Below are positions 58,510 to 64,000 of a DNA stretch of 64,000 bases, piece by piece. Made by a program: the position numbers and the translations under genes. The notes under the pieces are model-generated. The model searched no databases. It was not told the origin of the DNA and saw only the letters and a list, made by a program, of their open reading frames with translations. Numbering within the stretch: position 1 is the first letter of the stretch; each line of letters begins with the position of its first letter. The DNA is from Chlamydiales bacterium (GTDB taxonomy: Bacteria; Chlamydiota; Chlamydiia; Chlamydiales; JAAKFR01): NCBI GenBank assembly GCA_020831465.1, contig JAFIGI010000025.1:45-64044 (forward strand), given 5' to 3'.

Positions 58510-59261
58510 GGTACGAGCTTTACTCCGGTGCGGGAAATACCTTTGCCATCCTTGAGGAGCCCATCTCTTCGAGAGAGGCTGTTTTGATTTGCGAAACGAG
58601 CGGCGTCGATGGGGTCATTTTTTCTGAAAACGGTTTACGCATGCGCATTTTCAATCGTGACGGCAGCGAGGCAGAAATGTGCGGAAACGGTCTGCGGTGC
58701 TTCATCAAGTTCTTGATGGAACACAATATCGATCGTGAATGTTACACCATCGAAACTCAGGCCGGTACCCATAAGGCATGGACACACGGAAAGAGCGTCT
58801 GTGTGGAGTTCCCCTCCCCAAAAGACTTCCTATGGAATTTATCAATCGGCCCCTATACGGTCCACCACCTCAACACAGGGGTCCCTCATGCCGTTTTGTT
58901 CGTCGATTCGATTGACGCTATCGATTTGATGGGAATCGCTCCTCCGATTCGCAGACACCCGCTCTTTCCCGAGGGAACAAACGTCAATTTTGTGGACCCC
59001 GAAACATTGCGCATGCGCACCTATGAACGTGGAGTAGAAAGAGAGACTCTTGCTTGCGGGACCGGAGCCGTGGCCTCTGCGCTTGCCGCAGCAAAAGTAT
59101 TCTCCCTCCCCTCCCCTCTGGAGATGGAAGTTCGCTCCAAGGAGAAACTCAAAATCTCCTTTACCCCCGACTGGAGCCATGTTACGATGGAAGGCCCCGC
59201 AAATAGGATTGGAGAAGGAACCTTGGAGTTAAAAGAAGAATCTCGTATACTTTCTACATGA
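58506..59261 (+). CDS. dapF: Diaminopimelate epimerase
   Basis: [33 protein letters not shown]. Confidence 0.95.
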   Translation: MRYELYSGAGNTFAILEEPISSREAVLICETSGVDGVIFSENGLRMRIFNRDGSEAEMCGNGLRCFIKFLMEHNIDRECYTIETQAGTHKAWTHGKSVCVEFPSPKDFLWNLSIGPYTVHHLNTGVPHAVLFVDSIDAIDLMGIAPPIRRHPLFPEGTNVNFVDPETLRMRTYERGVERETLACGTGAVASALAAAKVFSLPSPLEMEVRSKEKLKISFTPDWSHVTMEGPANRIGEGTLELKEESRILST

Positions 59262-60295
59262 TGAGTAAAACCCCTCAAGCTCAAAACCCCCTAATCTTGC
59301 GCGCTCTGCGTCTGATGGACGCCTTTTCGAAATCCGATGATGAGCGCGACTTTTACCTCGACCGGATGGAAGGATTTATCGTTTTCGTCGATCTGGACAA
59401 AGATGAGGAAGACCTTAACAAGCTTCAGCAGGAGCTCGACTCAAACCCCGATCGTTACTGCCTAATACCGAAGCTTACATTCTATGAGACGAAAAAGATC
59501 ATGGAAGGCTTTGTCAATGAAAAGGTCTATGATATCGATACGAAAGAAAAGCTTCTCGACATCATCTCAGGAAAAGATGCGCGGGAGCAATTTTTGGAAT
59601 TCATCTATGACCATGAGACCGAGCTCGAAAAATGGCAGCAATTTTATCAAGAGCGTTCGCGCGTCAGGATCATTGAATGGCTTCGCAACAACAATTTTAC
59701 TTTTGTTTTCGAGGAAGATCTCGAGATTCCGACTCATATTGTCGAACAGCTGAAAATGCATCTTTTCGAACCCAAAGTCCCAAAGGAAGTGAGCCAAGCG
59801 CGCCAACAGCTCATAAAAAAAGCCGAAACCTATTACTCGAGTGAAGCGCTTAATCCCCGGCCTAAACGGGGGCGCCCGCCGAAGCAGGTCGCAAAAATCG
59901 AAGTTGAGACCCAGGTAACAAACGATATCTACACGCAAGTCCCCCAAACAGTCCGCCGCTTTCTCCATCTTCCCGACATTGCTTCTGCAACCTCCATCAC
60001 CTTTTCCGAAAAATTCGATTCGGAGGAGGAGTTTTTGGCTCACCTACGCGGAACAGGTAGGACTGATGCTGAGAGCCAACTTGAAGCTCTTTCTGAGAAA
60101 TTTGCCTCTTTGCGCAAGCTTTCGACTCAACTCGGATTAGAGGGAGAACTTTCGATCCCTTCGTTCGGTGAGGAAGATGAAGACGAGGACGAAGAGGAGG
60201 ACTCCCCCAAACAGCAGGGGCGCGGACGAAAATCCAAAAAGGAAGAGGCCACTCTCACAAAAAAGCGTGGTAGAAAAACAAAAGGTTCAATCTAG
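59258..60295 (+). CDS. UPF0158 family protein (CT429-like)
   Basis: AFSKSDDERDFYLDR chlamydial N-terminus; follows dapF. Confidence 0.8.
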   Translation: MMSKTPQAQNPLILRALRLMDAFSKSDDERDFYLDRMEGFIVFVDLDKDEEDLNKLQQELDSNPDRYCLIPKLTFYETKKIMEGFVNEKVYDIDTKEKLLDIISGKDAREQFLEFIYDHETELEKWQQFYQERSRVRIIEWLRNNNFTFVFEEDLEIPTHIVEQLKMHLFEPKVPKEVSQARQQLIKKAETYYSSEALNPRPKRGRPPKQVAKIEVETQVTNDIYTQVPQTVRRFLHLPDIASATSITFSEKFDSEEEFLAHLRGTGRTDAESQLEALSEKFASLRKLSTQLGLEGELSIPSFGEEDEDEDEEEDSPKQQGRGRKSKKEEATLTKKRGRKTKGSI

Positions 60296-60336
60296 GGCAT
60301 GTCGTCAATTAGACTCTAATTGACGACACGCCCTAG
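60292..60336. mobile_element. 45-bp palindromic mini-element, family 3, flanked by CTAG
   Basis: CTAGGGCATGTCGTCAATTAGA-C-TCTAATTGACGACACGCCCTAG; 22-bp arms, 1 mismatch. Confidence 0.7.
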
Positions 60337-61203
60337 GAAGTTTTCTACTAAAGGAAGGTACTGGGGGGAATTGCCCTCAATCCAATGGCGAAGATTTCCA
60401 AGCCGGTTTTTCAAATCCCGGATCTGTTCTTCCTGACTTCGCATCCTTTCTTCTTTATAAAATTGTCCGGTATCGATGAAAAGAGCTCCTGGTTTATAGG
60501 AAGAAAATGCAACATTCTGTACAAAAGCACGATCCCCGTCTGCAATCCCTTTTTCACACCGGGCAAGAACAACAGCGATCAGCTGCTCGATCAAAAAGCG
60601 TAACTCTTCTTCCGACTTGACTCGAGTAAAGGCTTCTTTAGCGGGTATGGCGCGTGTCTGAATCAGGTATTCAAATTTGTCAACCGCGATGCGGTGTTTA
60701 AGGCCGAGTTTATCAATTAGCTCAACCTCCTTCTCCAAAGCGGGAACCCGGTTGAGATGGATATAGAAGAGCCCCGTCTCCTCGCTCATCTCCTCATAGG
60801 CCAACTTGCAGCTTGAAAAGAGATGATCCACCCGCTCTCGCCGCCGCGCGATTTTCGCATCGCTTTTTTCCCGTAGCTTGCGCGGCATTGGAATCGAGTT
60901 AAGCCAATCTAAAGAACGCAAATGCTTGTGTTTAAAAAATTTCAAAACATACTTCCCATCAGCGCTTTCGAAAACATAAAACTGGCATCCTTTTCCGATG
61001 TAGCGAAAGGGCTGGGAGAGGCAGGATTTCAGCATCTCCTTTTTTTCTGCGGAAAGGGCGACTTCGAACTCGGGGCATGGAGGCAGTGACGAGCTCATCT
61101 GCCGAATCGAGAAGCCGTCGGTGATTTTGTTGTAAAAATAGACCGCGCTCCAGGACAATAAAAGCGCTATAGATAGAAGAAAAAGTTTTCGTATTATTTT
61201 CAT
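60316..61203 (-). CDS. Signal-anchored protein-kinase-like hypothetical protein (start probably MKIIRK at 61203)
   Basis: N-terminal TM; YIGKGCQFYVF...YVLKFFK, ADGD...QN, FIDTG. Confidence 0.65.
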   Translation of the reverse strand: MKIIRKLFLLSIALLLSWSAVYFYNKITDGFSIRQMSSSLPPCPEFEVALSAEKKEMLKSCLSQPFRYIGKGCQFYVFESADGKYVLKFFKHKHLRSLDWLNSIPMPRKLREKSDAKIARRRERVDHLFSSCKLAYEEMSEETGLFYIHLNRVPALEKEVELIDKLGLKHRIAVDKFEYLIQTRAIPAKEAFTRVKSEEELRFLIEQLIAVVLARCEKGIADGDRAFVQNVAFSSYKPGALFIDTGQFYKEERMRSQEEQIRDLKNRLGNLRHWIEGNSPQYLPLVENFLGRVVN

Positions 61204-61231
61204 AGCAGTTACAGTATACGGACGGTTGTTT

Positions 61232-61999
61232 ATGATGTCCCGAAAGAAAAAAATCCTCATCATTTTTCATTTGATTTTCGCCTTCTCCTTCCTCACGTGG
61301 TTAGTGATCAAACCTTATACTATGGAAGTGGTCTCGAGGAAATCGCAGCGCGCCTTGTATGAAAAAGTGTTGCAACGAGAGGAACTCTTCCAAAACCTCT
61401 CAATTGAGGAGCAGGAAGCGATTCGCGAAGGATATCATGAAGTCGCGAAAAGGCCTGCAGCCTCGCTTTTTAAGAGCGAGACACCCGCCTTTGGCCTCGC
61501 CTGGCTCTTCTTTTCCATTCTGATCTGCATCTTGCTTCTCTTCAACATCGAGGGGGCCAGGACGGCTGTTTGGATCCTTCCCCTTCTTGTGGTCGGATAC
61601 GGCTATTTCCTTTATGCCTCACCCCAGCCTCAACGTCCGGGGCTTTTTCCGAGCGAGCAGTATGTGCGCGAAACCTATTTAGAGGGGATCGAGGGAAACC
61701 GGGAGCAGCTGCTGAAGGGGTGGCATCTCTATTTAGTCAACGAGTGGGCGCAAGAAGCCCCGAGCGAGGAGCCCGCGCTCTTTGAACAACAGGTAGACAA
61801 GGGACTTTTTGCGTTCAACATCGCTCGTCTTCAATGGATCCGGGATGGGAAAGGCGATGAGGTCGTCCTTGCAGGGTTTACTTCGCCCCCTTCGCTTTTT
61901 CGGGTCATCTCTTATTTTCTATGGAATCTAGCCTTTGCATGGGTTATCAATCGACGCGAGAAAAGCTTACAATCCGAACCGCTGTCAAGCCCGAGTTGA
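61232..61999 (+). CDS. Hypothetical membrane protein
   Basis: Four hydrophobic segments; long ORF. Confidence 0.75.
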   Translation: MMSRKKKILIIFHLIFAFSFLTWLVIKPYTMEVVSRKSQRALYEKVLQREELFQNLSIEEQEAIREGYHEVAKRPAASLFKSETPAFGLAWLFFSILICILLLFNIEGARTAVWILPLLVVGYGYFLYASPQPQRPGLFPSEQYVRETYLEGIEGNREQLLKGWHLYLVNEWAQEAPSEEPALFEQQVDKGLFAFNIARLQWIRDGKGDEVVLAGFTSPPSLFRVISYFLWNLAFAWVINRREKSLQSEPLSSPS

Positions 62000-62484
62000 T
62001 CCGGGCGACGCTCAAGCGAGGAGGGGGGATCGCGGCTGCCGGCGCCCTCATGATTCTCCTTGGAGGGACTTTGCTTCCCTTACCCCTATTGAAAATCTGG
62101 GGTATCCCTATCTTTTTCGGAGGGTTGATTCTGATCGCAATCGGCTGGCTCCCCTACCGTGAGCTGCAACGCCTCGAGCTCAAGCCAAATGAGCTCGCCT
62201 ATGACGGCACCTATTTTCATTTTGTGAAGGGGGGAAAACCTCTATTCAAGATCCCCGAAAAAAGCATTGCGAAGCTTGAATATGTGGAAAAAGATCAGCT
62301 ATACGGAGCAGCAATCCGGCTAAAAAAACCTGTTGAAGAGAAGGTAGTTGTCTTGCAGCGTCGGTTTAATTTCGAAAGATTTGTCAGCGATTCCTCTAGC
62401 CGCTTTCACGGTTGCGACCTCTTCCTTCCCTATTTCACGGAAAGCGGGATTAAACTCCTGCTTGAATCAGATCATGCATTTTGA
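61939..62484 (+). CDS. Hypothetical membrane protein (start uncertain)
   Basis: Two TM helices followed by a beta-rich domain ending DLFLPYF. Confidence 0.7.
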   Translation: MGYQSTREKLTIRTAVKPELIRATLKRGGGIAAAGALMILLGGTLLPLPLLKIWGIPIFFGGLILIAIGWLPYRELQRLELKPNELAYDGTYFHFVKGGKPLFKIPEKSIAKLEYVEKDQLYGAAIRLKKPVEEKVVVLQRRFNFERFVSDSSSRFHGCDLFLPYFTESGIKLLLESDHAF

Positions 62485-63406
62485 TGATGCCAATCACTTC
62501 GCTCTTTTCGATCACCGGAAGGACCATGACAGGGCATTTTTGATCGGCTTCCATGAGTTTCATCGCATCCCAGGCAAGGGCATCCGCATCGATTGCTTTT
62601 GGCCTCCTTGTCATGAGATTTCCCACTTTCTCCTTTAAGACTTTCTCTCCTTTTGCCTGAAGCGCTCGACGCAAATCTCCGTCAGTGAAAATCCCTTTCA
62701 GCTCTTTTTGCTCATCTATCACAATCAAGCAGCCACACCGTTTCTCCGAAAAATCGACGAGAACTTCTTCGAGCTTATCTTCGGCGAAGCAGAGCGGGGT
62801 CCGCTCTTTGTCGAGCATCATCTGGCGCACTTTGAGGGAGGCGCGCCGGCCGATCCGCCCGCCCGGGTGGTTGGCTGCATACTCGTCGAGAGTAAAACCT
62901 TTCCTGCGCATCACCGCGACAGCCAGCACATCGCCGAAGAGGAGCTGAACTTCTGAGGAGATTGTGGGCGCGAGGTCGAAAGGACAGAGCTCGCTCGGGC
63001 AAGGAAGGAAAACGGGAAAATCGACGCCTTTCGCGAGGCACCCCTCGGGATTGGAAGTGACGGCGCTCACCTTCGCGCCGCGGCTGCGCACAAAAGGGAG
63101 AAGTTCGAGCAACTCGTCGGTCTCTCCGCTCTTACTCAAAATGATGACCAGATCCTGCTTCGAAACCATGCCCAGGTCTCCATGCAGCGCATCAATAGGC
63201 GGGAGAAAGGCGGCTTTAGTGCCGGTCGACATCATGGTCGATGCGATTTTTTGGGCGATAAACCCGCTTTTGCCGATCCCCGTAAAAAATACGACACCTC
63301 TGCAGGCTAAAACCTCTTCGAGAAGCCGCTCAGCCCGGCCGATCTCGATTTCGGAAAAAAACGTTTCGAGAGACTCTTTTTGTTTGGTAAACAGCTCTTG
63401 TAGCAT
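62450..63406 (-). CDS. kdsD: KpsF/GutQ family arabinose-5-phosphate isomerase (start probably MLQELF at 63406)
   Basis: TGIGKSG, ALHGDLG, SKSGET, HPGG, CBS pair. Confidence 0.92.
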   Translation of the reverse strand: MLQELFTKQKESLETFFSEIEIGRAERLLEEVLACRGVVFFTGIGKSGFIAQKIASTMMSTGTKAAFLPPIDALHGDLGMVSKQDLVIILSKSGETDELLELLPFVRSRGAKVSAVTSNPEGCLAKGVDFPVFLPCPSELCPFDLAPTISSEVQLLFGDVLAVAVMRRKGFTLDEYAANHPGGRIGRRASLKVRQMMLDKERTPLCFAEDKLEEVLVDFSEKRCGCLIVIDEQKELKGIFTDGDLRRALQAKGEKVLKEKVGNLMTRRPKAIDADALAWDAMKLMEADQKCPVMVLPVIEKSEVIGIIKMHDLIQAGV

Positions 63407-63473
63407 TTGGGCTGTAATTGTATTCACAAACCTTCTTGAAGTCATTGAAAAAAACTTCTAGAATTAAAAATCT

Positions 63474-64000
63474 ATGACGAAAAAACATCCTATAACAGTC
63501 GCCGAAGGGGATGGGATCGGTCCCGAAATCATGGAGGCGACTCTCCAGATCCTTCAAGAGTCGGGCGCTGCGCTTGAAATTGAAAAAGTCGAAATCGGCG
63601 AGAAGGTCTATCTAGCCGGCAACCCTGTCGGGATGGAGGAAAAGACCTGGGAGTCCTTGCTGCGCACCGGAGTCTTTCTAAAAGCGCCGATCACAACTCC
63701 CCAAGGAGGCGGCTACCGCAGCCTCAACGTCACTGTCCGCACCAAGCTGGGTCTCTACGCCAACATCCGCCCGTGCGTCTCCTACAACCCGTTTATCGAG
63801 ACAAAGCACCCGGATATGGACGTCGTGATCATCCGGGAGAACGAAGAGGATCTCTATGTCGGAATCGAGTACCGTCAAACACCCGATGTCTGCCAGGCGC
63901 TCAAACTGATCAGCAGGCCTGCGAGCGAGCGGATTGTGCGCTACGCCTTCGAGTATGCTCGCCGTTATGGCCGGAAGAAAGTGACCGCTTTTACGAAAGA
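63474..64000 (+). CDS. icd: NADP-dependent isocitrate dehydrogenase, 3'-partial
   Basis: MTKKHPITVAEGDGIGPEIM, LKAPITTPQGGGYRSLNV, IRENEEDLY. Confidence 0.92.
   Translation, partial: MTKKHPITVAEGDGIGPEIMEATLQILQESGAALEIEKVEIGEKVYLAGNPVGMEEKTWESLLRTGVFLKAPITTPQGGGYRSLNVTVRTKLGLYANIRPCVSYNPFIETKHPDMDVVIIRENEEDLYVGIEYRQTPDVCQALKLISRPASERIVRYAFEYARRYGRKKVTAFTK

Noticed and set aside
1-64000. tRNA, rRNA, tmRNA or riboswitches
   Set aside because: No cloverleaf/T-loop or rRNA signatures were recognised in the intergenic regions by eye; tRNAscan and Infernal were not run.

Overview
Chromosomal segment of an environmental member of the Chlamydiota. The backbone follows the conserved chlamydial gene order: ptsN-ptsN-dut-accD-sod...hemC-radA-rnc-CT296-like-pgm; dnaX-ybaB-ptsI-ptsH-hprK-SMI1-comEC-E1 alpha/beta fusion-dnaJ-rpsU-tsaB-lon-rnz-xerC-ABC-F; rnpB-cdsZ-glyA-clpP-dapF-UPF0158-kpsF-icd. 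About ten lineage-specific genes are inserted singly into this backbone: Inc-like bilobed membrane proteins, a PI3/4-kinase-like protein with a small partner, an SGNH-like protein, and a 2895-aa protein with protease-like and SF2-ATPase-like motifs. Two things stand out. (1) A TTAA-N7-TTAA box, often followed exactly 11 nt later by a -10-like hexamer, lies upstream of most of these accessory genes, suggesting a dedicated effector/Inc regulon; the box also points to a cryptic gene interrupted by the IS5 element. (2) Three families of non-autonomous, fully palindromic MITE-like elements have rewritten gene ends. A 165-bp hairpin with a TAA duplication sits in frame in the dnaJ/E1 overlap and supplies a new stop codon, a leader peptide and a new N-terminus. 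A second 165-bp hairpin disrupts an Inc-like gene. A 45-bp hairpin encodes the C-terminus of a gene. No tRNA, rRNA or CRISPR array was seen. All calls come from reading the sequence by eye; no searches were run.
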